NCBI GenBank assembly: GCA_035084275.1
Contig: CM068750.1
Span: 13,578,001 to 13,642,000 of the forward strand
DNA from: Hydrolagus colliei
Lineage: Eukaryota
Direction: 5' to 3'
DNA length: 64,000 nucleotides
This document shows, one piece after another, positions 1 to 12,885 of the stretch. Within the stretch, counting starts at the first letter, position 1. Every line of letters starts with the position of its first letter. A program made the translations under genes and the position numbers. The notes below the pieces were generated by a model that saw only the letters and a list, made by a program, of their open reading frames with translations, searched no databases and was not told the origin of the DNA.

Positions 1-220
1 TCTTCACACACAGAAGATTGTGAAGCTGTGCAGCGCTCTGTCCCAAAATGCTACAGAGATGGAATCAATAGGGATGTTCAAAAGAGAAAGAGGTGGATAA
101 TACAATTTTTAACAGTTGTGGTGATGGGTTAGACCTCTGCTAAGATCTAGTAATTCCGAGAATGTTTGAAGAGGCTTGATGGGCTGAATGGCCTCCTCTT
201 TTTCCTGTTTCCTATGTTTG
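1..220 (+). mobile_element. CR1-type LINE 3' end fragment
   Basis: Starts TCTTCACACACAGAAGATTGTG (FFTQRVV-like ORF2 end) and ends GATGGGCTGAATGGCCTCCT...CCTATGTT, typical of CR1 3' termini. Confidence 0.7.
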
Positions 221-759
221 GCTCCGTTTCCTTATCAACTCATTGTCATCCCAGCAACTTGGGACATCCTTCCGATGTGAAAGGCGCTATACAAATGTAA
301 TTTTGTTGCTGTGGTATTGAAATTGTGCTTCGCTTCAGCTTTGAGTCTGCCACACCAAGGCACAGAAATTGGTAGTGTTATTCTGCCCTAATTGTATGAG
401 CATATTCTTGCAGTTCACATACTTTTATTTTTACCCCCAGCAATAAACTCCTGCATGCGTTGACGGTGCATGTTTGGTGTACTCGAGATTACGATCTTTT
501 ACAATGGCTCCCTCTGTAGGACATCTTCCTGCTTATCATGCTTCATAGCTGATAGAATCACAGTATTTGGCTACAGCTACTGGAGTAAATACATACCGGT
601 ATCTGTTTGTACTATTCGTATATATAGGTGTATATATTAAAATTAGGTTTATCCTGAAGTCTGAGGTGCCAACTGATCATTTTAAGTTAATCATTCAAAG
701 AAAGGGTCAAGTATCTTGAGTATTTGGTAACAAGCAGGAATTCTTATGTAACACATATA

Positions 760-990
760 CTTCAATGGAGTACTGAGTGAGTGCTATGTTATCAGAGCTT
801 CAGCCCTTTGCATGAGATGTTAAACTGAAGTCCTTTCTGCCTGAGCAGATGGACATTTAAAGATCGTATGCATTTTTTGAAAAGAGAAGTGAGATTTTCC
901 TGGTACCCTGGCCAACAATCTCGAACCTTAAGTGGTCATTCACATCATGGCTGTTTGTGGGGCATTGATATGTGCAAATTAGCTGCTGCC
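760..990 (+). mobile_element. Deu-domain SINE fragment (AmnSINE1/SacSINE1-like)
   Basis: ATGAGATGTTAAACTGAAGTCC...GGACATTTAAAGATC...CCTGGCCAACAAT...GCTGTTTGTGGG...GTGCAAATTAGCTGC matches the Deu-domain consensus as recalled. Confidence 0.75.
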
Positions 991-1195
991 AATGTGAAAG
1001 GCGATCTTGCATTGGAACATTACCTAGGCAATTAGCTGGGAAGCACCTTCACACTTCTTACCCTAATGCAATATGTATACAGTATATATAATAAGTGTAT
1101 ATAAATATGGCATTGTGACTTTGCTGTTGGCCAGTTTATGTAGTACAATGAAAGATATTAACCAGCTATTGCACTTCAGCAAAACAATAAAACAA

Positions 1196-1231
1196 CTGAG
1201 ATGTCAGTGAGTGCTGAGATGTCAGTGAGTG
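1196..1231. repeat. Perfect 18-bp tandem duplication
   Basis: CTGAGATGTCAGTGAGTG x2. Confidence 0.9.
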
Positions 1232-1559
1232 AGCTCCTCTCCTCATTGGCGGTCGATCATCTGTATATTGTGCTGCATGTCCAGTTCTTCTCCCTGGGTT
1301 TCTTTTTGGGTTTATCTGATCTGTGACGTCGATGCTTCCCACTCTGGTGCCTTACTTATTTTGTGCTGTTGTCTGCCTACCCTCACTCTGCTCAGCAGGC
1401 AGTGCAATACAGTGTCAGAGCTTGAAGGATGGAATAAGATAAAATCACACTGTCCTCCAAAATTCATTCCAAAAAGAAGTGGAAAACAAAAAAGACTCAG
1501 TGCTGACCTTTATATCGGACTAAGAGTTTAGGCTTTTGTCTAATTGTCACTTGCATTAT

Positions 1560-1805
1560 CCTGTCATTTGGATGAGATATTAAACCATTTGCCTGTTCAG
1601 GTGGTTGTTAACGATCCTGTGGCTGTGCTCAAAGAGAAGGTGATTCACATCATGGCTGCTTGTGGGACATTGATGTGTGCAAATTGGCTGCTGTATTTGC
1701 ATACAAAATATACAGTCATTACACTTTTAGTAAAATCCTATGAGACACCTTGAGATGTCATTACGAAGTGGTAAGACTCTAAATCAAAGAGAAGATTATT
1801 ATCTT
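1560..1805 (+). mobile_element. Deu-domain SINE, internally deleted, with 3' tail
   Basis: TTTGGATGAGATATTAAACC...CAGGTGG...GATCC...TGTGGGACATTGATGTGTGCAAATTGGCTGC...GATTATTAT. Confidence 0.7.
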
Positions 1806-2474
1806 TATTACATTTGATGTCCAGCCCATTTTAAATCATCTAGCTACTGTATTGTTAGAGTACACAATGCAATTTACAATTATACAGCGTCCTTCATGTG
1901 AGATGACATCTCAAAGTGCTTCACACTGCTGATCATCTTAGCTGGAGGTAGGAGCCTGTTATTTCTATGTGTTTTAGTCTTATGAAAGCATCTGCCACCT
2001 GAAGTAGGTTATAATCCTCTGACTATGGCTCCTGCGTAGACTTATTTGCTTTCTGAAGGAAGGAATTCCAGTAGATTTGCAAGGCATGACCTCTCGTGCC
2101 TCAAACCATGTATGACATCCCCTTGTGGCCTCACTGGTATATAAATAAGTGCTGATAGTATTCAGGCCGATTCTGGGTGAAACGGCTGCAGTCCAATTTA
2201 TCTTGGGTTTGATGTTACAGTGAAACTGCTTTCTACATACTGTACGAAGACCATCCACATCAATCTGTGCCCGTAGGTTGCAGGAGGTCATGATCTCTGA
2301 GATGACTTGCACAGTTAGGCTGCTAAGATATAGCTGTGTTTTGTAGTGCACACTGTGAGCTTCGCTTGTTTCCAGAGTACCTTACCAGCTTGGCAATAAT
2401 TAGAATCCTTGCATTTTTTATGGTACCTTTCAGCCTAGGATATCTCGAAGCATGTCACAGATTTTACTGTAAAA

Positions 2475-2830
2475 CAACAAACAGCTTGCATTTATATCGT
2501 GCTGGTTAATGAGTATCGGAGTGCTTAACAGTTTGAACCCGAGCAGGGAGGAAGGAGGAGGTGAAGGAAGGAAAGTAATCAGTTTTGATTTAAAAGAGAG
2601 GAAGGTGAGGACAAGATGGAGAGGTTGAGGGAGAGATTTCCAAAGTTTCAGGGTGTAGTGTCGGAAATTGCGATTGCTGATGGTAGAGCGGAGGGACAGA
2701 GTGGAATCCGTTCTGTGATAGGGAGGCAGTGGATCCTGGCGAGGAGTGGTGTGATGGGAATGTATGGGAGAAGGTGTAGTGACTGTATTTTGGAGACAAA
2801 CAGGGCTGCCAATTTGTACATGGGAAGGTC
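2475..2830 (-). mobile_element. Old L2 LINE 3' fragment
   Basis: ACAACAAACAGCTTGCATTTATAT tail, then a purine-rich region whose minus-strand translation (ITPLLARIHCLPI) resembles the L2 ORF2 C-terminus. Confidence 0.6.
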
Positions 2831-2849
2831 TCTCAAACAGTCATGAAGT

Positions 2850-3115
2850 GAATTATTAATTTTATTTGGTCAGGACTCTGAAAGAAACTCCCTTCTCTTT
2901 TCAAATAATTCCATAGGATGTTTAACTTCCACCTCAGCATGCGGATGGGACCTTGGTTTAATATCTTATCCAGTCCAGTAATATGACATACACCTCTCCA
3001 GCATTCCACCGAGAGTATCAGTCTGGATTATATAAGTTTCAGGTCCTGACATGGGGCTCTTATCCACATCTTGCAATTATGAGTGGAGAAAGCTACCAAC
3101 TGAGGCAGGCTGATA
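2850..3115 (-). mobile_element. Deu-domain tRNA-SINE
   Basis: Reverse-complement Deu motifs (GGATGTTTAACTTCCACCT, TTGGTTTAATATCTTATCC) and head (CTACCAACTGAG). Confidence 0.7.
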
Positions 3116-6100
3116 CACAAACTGTTGTAGCTGTCAGTCTTAAGGAAAAGCATATTGATGTCAAGTTTGTAGAAATATCATAACTGCTCAGGGACAGACC
3201 TTGAAGGTTACATTTAGCATCTGGGCAGTGTTGAAAGCATGACTCCCATGAAGTAATTAATTGGGCTAATATGAAACAGACGTGATATTAGCATCATCCG
3301 TCATGTCTCAAGTTAATCTATGATCTTGATAACTTTGCTGAATTAATAGTGTTGATGGGGTGTTGAAGGCTCTGATGTACAATGTACAAGAAGAAGCTTG
3401 TTTCCTTGGGTTAGACTCTGATGTAACTGAAAAGTGAAGGGATGTGAGTTTAGTGCTTAGAGATGGTGAGGAAGTTGCAATGATAGCAAACTAGCTTTCT
3501 CCCTTCCACAATATGATTCGTGGGGGGTGGAGTTGTTTGGAGGAGAGGGCGAAGCACCAGAACATGTTTGTTCACAATAAAAATCACAGCTTATTTGTCA
3601 CTGATTTGCTAGCACTCTCTCCTCTGAATCGGAAGTTTTTGATTAAAGTTCCAAATAAGGACTTTAAGTTTATACAGTCTAGGCTAGCTCTCCAGTGCTT
3701 GGGATGTGACCATTTTTGGGGCTGCCACTTTTTGGATGAGCATTAAGCTAAGGTCCCATCTTCCCTCCCATCAAAGCATCAAGCTTTTATTTTAAATAAA
3801 TGAGTTCAGTGTTTTGGCCTTAATCATTCATTCTGCCAATTTATTCCAGTTGTTATTACCATTGCATTTTTTTTAAAGAGGAGACAATGAATAGTAGGTT
3901 ACAGTGAGTAGTACATGGAGGGAAAATCGAATAGAAAGATTAAAATTGTTGTTGGGAACTACAGACAACAGTATTTATTATTATTATTTTGTTTCCTTTT
4001 GTTCCATCCAAAACTTGCCCGTGAATAGAGACCATCAATTTCAGCCAGGTCTCTCCATTGTTTTGAAAGATTATAGAGATTTGTGGATACACCATGGGAC
4101 ATAAAACAAAGGTCCACTTCTATGTGTTTAAAAATAAATATATTTTCCAAGGCTCAAGATGTCTGCAGGCAAGCCTTTTCACTCTGATGCATTTATTGGT
4201 GTCCTCGGTGGGTAGGAGCTGACCACAGTGATGGGGTTTCAGGAGTTAAGCCATTAGTTAACAAGAAATAATAATCCTTGTACTTGTGTCATGACCATAA
4301 ACTCCTCTAAATAAAATTAGTCATTCATTTTGCAACTGTTTGTGGGACATTGTTGTGCACAAATTGCCTGCCGTGCTCGCCTACAAATACAGTTGCTACA
4401 CATTATAGTACAGTAGTATACTGTGAAGTGTTTTGTAATGTCTTAATGACATGATATGGTGGTATATTAAATACAGGGATTATTATTATTTGGCAAAATT
4501 GAATACCTTGAGTACTTCACAAAGTTTCTGTAAAGTGTAGTGGTTGTACAATTGACATAGCACCTTATCATGCCAAACAACCATCTCAAAACACTTCAGA
4601 GGATACAATGTAAAGTGGATTGACTGTCCACCCACAAAATATATTTGCCTGATCTCCACAGTATTTGCTTCCCTGCAGACCAGGAAGATTTGGAAATCCA
4701 ATCATGATGCATGGATTACAGATGACTTTAGTGTACTACACTGGGTTCTCTTATTATGTGGAGAAGCACAGGGGAAATCAAAGCTTCATTCCATTTCGCC
4801 AGATCTTCATTTATACTCCACTCAATCTGTGTGAAATACACAGCAATGTTTTGATATTGGTGCAATGCAAATGTCAGACTTGCCAACTGCTACTCACTTT
4901 CAGCTAGCTCATTTGGGTAACTTTTTTTTGCTATTGAATCTTGGTATCAACTCTACTTAGGGACAGCAATGGTATTTCAGAGCCTGTTTCAAAACAATCG
5001 CTTCATTTTGACAGTGCATTTATCCATCGCTACTCTTCAACCCTGACTCCCTCCCTTCCAAAGACCATGTTTCTCCTGCACCTTTACATTTTCACTCTTT
5101 CTCTTCCCTTACACCACCAAAGAAGCTTGATGCCATGATGAGAGGATGGTAGGGTGGCTGGAAGGATGAGGTCAAGTGTGCCAAATGACATTCATCAGAA
5201 CCGATCTTGTGAAATGCAAGATTTATTTACTTAAATGGTACGAACCCCGAATTCAAATGGGTATCAAGTGGTTTCCTTAGTGAGAAAGTAATTTGATTTG
5301 CTTCAAATGCCAGTGCAGAAAATTGAGTGTTTATCAAAAAGCTTGAGTTCCGGAAACTGCAATGTATGAAATTATTGACAGCTTACTTCACCGGTGTACA
5401 ATCACTCTCAACAGGTACAAGCCCAATGCCAAGAAAATAATTAAGTGTAACTTTGATATTCTTCATCAATCAGCAATGCTGGAGAAAGGGATCCCAGACC
5501 ATCCCCTTGCATTGTTAAACTGCTTCTGAGGTAGACCTGAGGATGAATGCCAATTTAAAGAATCAATTCTCACTGTGGGACCAGGGAAAGCTCTTGACTC
5601 AGATGTCTATCCAATGGACCTTTACAAACAGTTCCGGCTGCAATTCGCTCCTTATTGAAGGCTATGTCTAAATATATGGCTGTGCTAGAATTGACCAGTG
5701 TGGATCCTTGAGCTCCACTCTTATTTCTGTGTTTACTGAAGAAGGTTGCTGTGCAGAAAATCCTTTCCAGCAAAGAAAAACCTCCACACTGACTGGAGGT
5801 TTGTTCTAAATCAAATATTCTTTCTTGGGAGGAACACATTCAAATGTTATGCAGATTGTCTGCCAATGGTTTCTGGAGAGGTCTCTATCTCCCAGATTGA
5901 AATATTTGGAGTATGTGAAATTTAGCATAAATAGGTATCTGAAATACTACAAATTCTCCGAGCCCAGCTTCTATTCTTACCAGTCAACATGGATTCTACC
6001 ACTTTAATATGTAGTGGGAGCAAGGCAAGGATGCCAAAACAACCTATTCCGCCCATAGCAAGAGTGTGTGTATTTTGTGGGCTAATTCAGCAGCCAGTTT

Positions 6101-6236
6101 GCACACATCAATGTCCCACAAACAGCCATGAAGTGACTGATCATTCCCAGCCTGAAACACAAAACTTGTTCAATAATTAAGAACAATATAAAGCTCTGAA
6201 TTTGGACATTGTTTTCCTTCTGCCTATTCAACAAAA

Positions 6237-6470
6237 AACAACAACAATTTACATTTATAGAGCGCCTTTCACGTCGGGAGGACGTCCCAAGGCGCTGAAC
6301 AAGAGGCGTGTGACCCGAGCTGGGAGGGGAGTGTTTGGGAAGGGGTGAAACACGAAGGGGAGGTAAAAGAGTTCGGGGTGGAACAAAAGGCACGATCGAA
6401 GAGGAAAGTCTTCAAATCGGCCTTGAAAGAGGAAAGGGAAGAGGCGAAACGGAGGGATTGCTTTCTCTCC
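6237..6470 (-). mobile_element. L2 LINE 3' end (relatively young, CpG retained)
   Basis: (CAA)n tail, 3' stem-loop AGCGCCTT-TC-ACGTC-GGGAG-GACGT-CCC-AAGGCGCT, and ORF2 end SLRFASSLSSFKADLKTFLFDRAF. Confidence 0.85.
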
Positions 6471-7259
6471 TCCCCTTCCCCCACCCACCCCTCCACTTCC
6501 CCCACTACATTAGAATTCTAAGACACATACACAGAATTCTTGACTGGGGAAATTAATTGCACACAGCATAAATAAAATACCTTAGTATTTGCTTCTGTAC
6601 ACAGACATTGTTAAGGGAGCACTTTTCTCTCTTGTTTCAAATTTGCTCCACTGGGATTTAACTAAAATATTTTGGAGATGAAGGACTGTTATCTATAGCC
6701 TAATAAATAAACATTTACTGCGTAGTTTCAGATGGACTCTGCATAATTTCAATTTAATTAGGTATGTGATCCCACATGAAAGAAATGCTGTCATATCACA
6801 TCATTAATTCTATTGCTTTGAAACCTATAAAAGGAAACCAGATATTCCCTGCGATGAATCTTCTACACAGGTTTAAAACACTATCTAGGCTGAGATGAGA
6901 AAAGGCTCTTTGACCAAATAAATCCTTGGATTCAGACCTTTCTTGCCAGGAAGAATAATTGATGTTCTGGCGGAAGATGGTAAGATGGATATTCTAGAGT
7001 GATAATATTAGATGGGCCCAAGGAACTTTTTTATCTAAACCAACCTTGGAACAAAAAGTATGCATGGAATCCACTCATTTATTTTCTTCTGGAAGATCAA
7101 TAGCAGATCAGACTTACAAACAAATGAACCTTATCATCTCTCTGTGGAAATATGACAACATTCCTACTGACACAGCTAAACCATTGTATTCTCTAGGAGT
7201 CTCTTTTGTTGATGGGAAATCACAAATAGTACAAAAATACACTAAAATAATCCTTGCAC

Positions 7260-7620
7260 TCAAACTGTCTTGAAGTGCTTCATAGACAATGCATTTTACA
7301 GGCCAACACAACAGCCAATTTGTACGTGGCATGCCCCACAAACAGCCAAGAAGTGAATTATTTTTTTAAACTTGGTTGTATTGGTCAGGATGTCAGGAGA
7401 AACTTTTCTTCAAATAGGGGACTAGATCTTTATTAATCAGCTGAACAGGCATTCATCACCTTGGTTTTACATCTCATCCAAAGAACAGAATCTCTGATAA
7501 TGCAGCAGTTCTCTCAGCTCTGCATTGGAGTATCAGACTAGATTATAAATTCAAAGTCTCGACATGGGGCTTAAATACACAACCTTCTGTCACTGGGGAA
7601 AGAGTACAACTAAACCAGTC
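7260..7620 (-). mobile_element. Deu-domain tRNA-SINE
   Basis: Reverse-complement tail, Deu and head motifs (CCCACAAACAGCC, CTTGGTTTTACATCTCATCCAAAG, ACAACCTTCTG). Confidence 0.7.
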
Positions 7621-8454
7621 CGATCAACCGACAATGTACCACCACATTACCATTTGCTGAATTTGTGTGCTGTCTGATATAAATATGCATGGATAATAAG
7701 AAAGTATGGTGGCTTTGCATACACTGTCTTTCTCAAAACCACCATCTGATTTGCTTACAGAGCTCCTGTGTATTAAACATCAATACAAATGGTAATAGAA
7801 AGAAGAAAACCACTCTAAACCATTTGGACTTGTCGATTAGGTTTTTATTTACTTTGCTGGGTAGATTTGGCCAAATAATTGTCAACAAGAAGACTCGTTC
7901 TGCAACAGTAATCTCTGCTGAGTTTTAAAAGATATGTAACTACAATCATGACACAATAAATTATAGTTCGGGTTTATGAATACTATGTGCGGATTGGATA
8001 TTTACACTTCGCACAACTAGAAGTGAACCGAATAAAGCTCCATGGAAACAAGAATTGTTTTTTTGTTTGGATGGAGGGTTCTTAGAATATAGATCAGTTC
8101 GCCACAAATGACTGTTCAAGGTAAATACATAACTGCATCCGAAAGGGAACTGGATAATTACTTTATGAAGATTCATGTAGGCGGCAGCATCAGCATAGAT
8201 GCTATGAGCACAGTGTCATAATTATGTCATTAATATTACTACCATTGAAGCTGCATTTATTGTGCAAGGGAGAAATATGAATGTTTCTTTTATATATAAT
8301 ACAGGTCTATATATATAAAAACAGTAGATTGCCTAAAAAACACAGGCTGTAATTCATAAATTGTGCCCATAAACTAATGGTACGTCACTTTATGGTAAAT
8401 ATTTCCCAGAATCTCTTGTTTAAATTGGGTCCAGAAACTTCCTTTGACTTGATT

Positions 8455-8830
8455 TAAGGAGAAAAGAGAAATTAGCAGTGGTCTTTAAAATTACGATGGG
8501 TTTTGATGGGGAGAAATAATTTCCCCTGGTTAATAAGTAAGTGACTGGAGAGCATCAATTAAAGAAAGTTATCAAGGGCGAAAAGTAGGAATAGTTTTTT
8601 TACACAGTGAGTTGTTAGGATCTAAAATTTTCTGTCAGGTGTAAAGGCCAAAGCAGAATCCACATTTGCTTTCAAGAGGGAACTAGATGGATATCTTCAA
8701 AATAACTAATTTACAGGAATACAGGGGAAAGGCAGGTAAATGAGACTGAATGGATTGCTCTTTCAAAGAGCCAGCACAGATATGATGAACTGAATGGGCC
8801 TTGTGTCCTGCAAATGTCTGCGCTTCTACA
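8455..8830 (+). mobile_element. CR1 LINE 3' fragment
   Basis: GTCTTTAAAATTACGATGGG (VFKIM-like), TTTTTACACAGTGAGTTGTTAGG, TGGATTGCTCTTTCAAAGAGCCAGCACAG, GATGAACTGAATGG. Confidence 0.75.
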
Positions 8831-9419
8831 GTACTGTACATCACCAGGATAAGCATCCTAATTGAAATGAAAGTAGGATTGTTCTCTCTGCTGATAATCT
8901 CCTGGACACTGTTGTTGTGCTAACTGCTGTTGAGACAACTAGATAGAGAGTGCAGGCAGTTGCCGGCCATTTTTTCAATACAAAATCAATCCACTTGTAC
9001 CTCATTAGAATACTTGCTCATTATAAAGCACCATTTGGCTGGCTCCCAAAAATGTTTTTTTTAATGAGAATGTCATGGCTATTTTCAGATCATTTACTGT
9101 ACATCTTCTCATCATTATCAGAATTTATATTCAGAACTATAAAGCAAGACAGGCATAATGAACACACATTTTTTTCACTGATTCAGAGAGAGTGGCCATG
9201 CAGTAATTGGTTCAAATTTATTTGTCCACTTCTACCTGGTTAATGGTAAATAAATAACATAACCCCAGGAGAAAACCATTGACATACCACCTGTATGGGG
9301 ATATGTTTCAGGTTTTAATGGTTAGACTTAGTTTGCTACAGTGCCTTTTGAATTTGACATCAGGAAAGGTTTTTGTTTGGTTTCAATGAGAATAGAACCA
9401 AACATTTTTGTGGGTGCTG

Positions 9420-9695
9420 TACCTGGCTTTTTAATCAGAAGCTTGTGGGTTCAAGGCCCAAGTTGCACTCCAAATGAAGTGCTGGGGTTGTACTCCATTC
9501 TTAGAGGTGACCTCCTCCACATAAGATATTAAGCCAAGGTCCCGTCCACCTTTTCTAGTGAATGTTGAAGATTCCACAGCACTATTTGGAAAAAGAATAA
9601 CCCTTCTCCCAGTTTCTTGGACAACAGTCTCCCAGATAAAGCTTATCATTCATTTCATGGCTGTTTCATTGTATCAAATATAAGGATTATTATAA
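9420..9695 (+). mobile_element. Deu-domain tRNA-SINE (degenerate)
   Basis: TCAGAAGCTTGTGGGTTCAAG head, AGATATTAAGCCAAGGTCCCGTC Deu motif, AAGGATTATTAT tail. Confidence 0.65.
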
Positions 9696-10737
9696 TACAA
9701 GGGCTGTCAATCAAGCAAGTCTGCACTAGGCTCTGGTAAAATTTCAGGACAAAAGTCATGAATTAATGCTAGATGTTCAGTATTTTCAATGGATCAAGGC
9801 CAAGATTTCAAGGGTTAGTTTTGAAGAATGCTTAGCATTGTGCAGCAAAATTGCAGAATGCTATGCGCAATTGGCTTTTTGCGTTTCGCCCACAAATTAT
9901 ACAGTCAATTCACTTTACAGTGTACTCTGTGAAATTATGTGAGATGCCTTCAAGATGTAATAAGGCTCTATGTCAAATGCAAGGATTATTATTATACTAA
10001 ATGAATGGATAAATATTCCACCTGTGTCTAGATTTACTCTATTAACATAGCATTTCAAAGAACGCAGAATTTAGTAAACAGTCAAATTCAGTTTTAACTT
10101 TGAAGCACATTTTCTGTATTCCTTAGAAAAATCTTTCCATAAAAACTGGCTTCAAAATGAATTTAATTTGACAATATATGTATTATCTGAAATACCATTA
10201 ATTGAGTAAAACCAGACGCACAGGGAATTTCTCCCCCACAAGTTTGTGGGTAGGTTGCTGGCATGATAACACACTTTCAAAGTCATGTAATTGGCCTAAT
10301 AGTGACTGCCATGATGCACCATTATTTGTGTACATATAATTGAAACTCAGTGGTGCATTTAACAGCATGATCTTTCTTTTTATTCTCCTACAAAGAAGTG
10401 CTGGCAGTCAAAGCTATTCGGAGTGATTTAATGTTACTTTACTGCAGTGCTGATCACCAAACAGTATTGTCCCTAGCTATAACACCCAGCTGTTAGAAAA
10501 GCCACTGAACTTTCAAAATGTCTACAGGCACTTGGCTTACAGGTAAGGTAAATAAATAGTTTGTACATCCAAGTAGATATGTTGGCTGCAGATGAGTTTT
10601 GTGGTCTGGTCTGGCATATGCAGGTAGATGTGAGTGAAATTTACGTTCACTCTTTCAAGAATCTGAAGTGCTTGTGTTCCAATGAATTTACATCTATTTG
10701 TATTTCTGTATCCCTGCCACTGGACATTTGCCAAGTA

Positions 10738-10863
10738 CAGTAAAAACCTGTTTATCCGTGACCCGATCAACCGGATTGCTTGACCCCTTCCTGGAGCAAT
10801 TTCCCATTCCAGCAATCGCTAGTATGCTCATTTTGCGCATGTGTGCAAAATAGGCTTTTACTG
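10738..10863. mobile_element. Tc1/mariner-pogo (Tigger-like) MITE, 126 bp
   Basis: TIRs CAGTAAAAACCTGTTT and AAATAGGCTTTTACTG (14/16 complementary), flanked by TA on both sides. Confidence 0.7.
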
Positions 10864-11474
10864 TAACAATTATTTGGCTTGAGAGGTGCACATGGCATTA
10901 GTTTCTTGTCTTGGCAGCCTCGCTCAGTTGGTTGAACTCTGTCCTCTGCATCGGAAGATTTTCAAGAACCATGTAAGGATTTTGAACTCAAGAGTCTAGG
11001 CTGATAAACTTTCATGATAATAGATTGCAGTAGATATCCTGCTACAGTATCGGAATAAGAGATCTATAACTACCAGGAATGTTCTTGTGACATTTTCTGT
11101 AAATTACAATAACTGGCTTAAGAATTTGCCAAAAATCTGGCCATTCTTAAAAGCTACATAAATACAGTAGGGATAAACTCAGCTGGCATTTTTTCCCTCA
11201 TATCTCCCAACTATTCCGGTCAGCAGCCTTGGATTCAGTCTGTCTGATTCTAATACACTCTAATGAATATTTTAAGTTCTCTAGCTATTTGATGTTCATT
11301 TCATTAGCATTCTTCTGGTTCTATCATGAACTCTTCAGTTTTATATAAATGATATTATTCAAAAGGATATACTGTATTGCATTATTCTATCATACAAATA
11401 AATAACAAATGTCCTGCCATATTGGCTTCCTCCTCAACAGTCTTATTTTTCTATTTTGTGTGTCCGCTAGCAGT

Positions 11475-11885
11475 GTCAGACTGGCTGAGTTGGTAGCACT
11501 CTCAGTTATGAAACAGAAGGCTGTGGGTTTAAATCCCATGTCAGGACTTCGAACTAACACTGTCCAGGCTGATCCTCTAGTGCAGTTTTGGGGGGGTGCT
11601 GCATTTTTGGAGGTGCTGTCTTTCAAATAAAATGTTAAACTGAGGTCCCATCTGTACGTATTCAGCAGGATTTTAACATTCTGTGATACTATTCAAAAAT
11701 AAAGTGAGTTTTTCCTGGTGTCCTGGTCAACAATCCCCCAGATAAAATTGGCCATTAATTCATGGCATTTATAGTTGCTGTTTTTGCTCACAAAAATACG
11801 CAATCACTCCATTTTATCTTGTGAAACTCTTTGAGATATCCCCCAATGTGAAAGGCACTATATCAAATGTAAGGATTATTATTAT
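11475..11885 (+). mobile_element. Near full-length Deu-domain tRNA-SINE
   Basis: A-box-like TGGCTGAGTTGG, B-box-like GGGTTTAAATCCC, Deu core GAGGTGCTGTCTTTC...GTTAAACTGAGGTCCCATCTG, L2-type tail GTGAAAGGCACTATATCAAATGTAAGGATTATT. Confidence 0.85.
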
Positions 11886-12232
11886 TTATTACTATTGGTA
11901 TAACTAGTCAGATATAGTCGTTGTTATATCTGTATATACACAGTTGCCTGATGGGTTATGCTACACTTACAGTCATAGACTTTGAAATAAATGCTTTGGT
12001 GTGAACTGGCAGATGTAAGTTACAATGCCAATACCATGTAATTCTCACTCTGGGCTCAATGCAAAGGAAGCCTTATAAATCACATGGCAGCATTATTCCG
12101 CAGTAATACAGGAGTCGTTTTTTTATGATTTTGTGTCAATGCTATTTCAATTCTACTTTGAACTGCCATTATCAATGGTTTTGTTGTTTTGAGACTATGG
12201 TATGTATTGTAAAATATAATGCATGCTAATGA

Positions 12233-12885
12233 ACAACAACAAAATTGCACTTATATAGCGCCTTTCACGTCGGGAGGACATCCCAAAGAGCTGAACAGTC
12301 TGGTTGGGACCCGAGTGTGGGGTGGGGGGTGAGGGTCGAAATAGGGGAAAGGGGAAGGAGAGTGGGAGAGGGGGAAGAGTTAGTGGGACAGCAGAAGACG
12401 TGGTCGAAGAGGAAGGTCTTGAGACCGACCTTGAAGGAGGAAAGGGAGGAAGCAAGGCGGAGGGGCTGCGGGATGGAGTTCCGCTGAAAGCCCGGCCGCC
12501 GATGGTTGGGTGTTTAGGGCAGTGGATGCGGAGCAGGCCTGAGTCTGCTGAATGGAGGGTTCCAGGCAGGCTGATAGGGAGACAGTAGGTCAGAGAGATG
12601 GGCGGGGGCAAGGCTGTGAATAGCCTTGAAAGTGAGGACAAGGATTTTGAATTCGATCCTCTGGGTGACGGGGAGCCAGTGGAGACGGGTGAGGGTGGGA
12701 GTGATTTGGTTGCAAAGCCTGGTATGGGAGAGTACACGAGCTGCAGAGTTCTGAATGATCTGCAGCCTGTGAATGGAGGAGCTGGGAGGCCGATGAGGAG
12801 AGAGTTCCCGTAGTCGAGCCTGGAAGTGATAAAGGTATGGATGAGGGTTTCGGCGGTGTGGGGGGTGAGGTAGTGGCGAACGAGT
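12233..12885 (-). mobile_element. 5'-truncated L2 LINE (ORF2 C-terminus, frameshifted)
   Basis: ORFs give HYLTPHTAETLIHTFITSRLDYGNSLL and HRLQIIQNSAARVL...ITPTLTRLHWLPVTQRIEFKILVLTFKAIH; (CAA)n tail at 12233. Confidence 0.92.

Noticed and set aside
507-521. CTCF-like motif GCTCCCTCTGTAGG (and GCTTCCCTAGTGG near 48055)
   Set aside because: Only partial matches to the consensus; not supportable without ChIP data or PWM scoring.
1980-2351. 123-aa ORF and the other short ORFs in unique sequence
   Set aside because: No recognisable domains, often non-ATG starts, and lengths expected by chance.
10395-10545. Plus-strand exon ending in CAG|GTAAGG
   Set aside because: All frames from the plausible acceptors contain stops; it could only be non-coding and has no other support.
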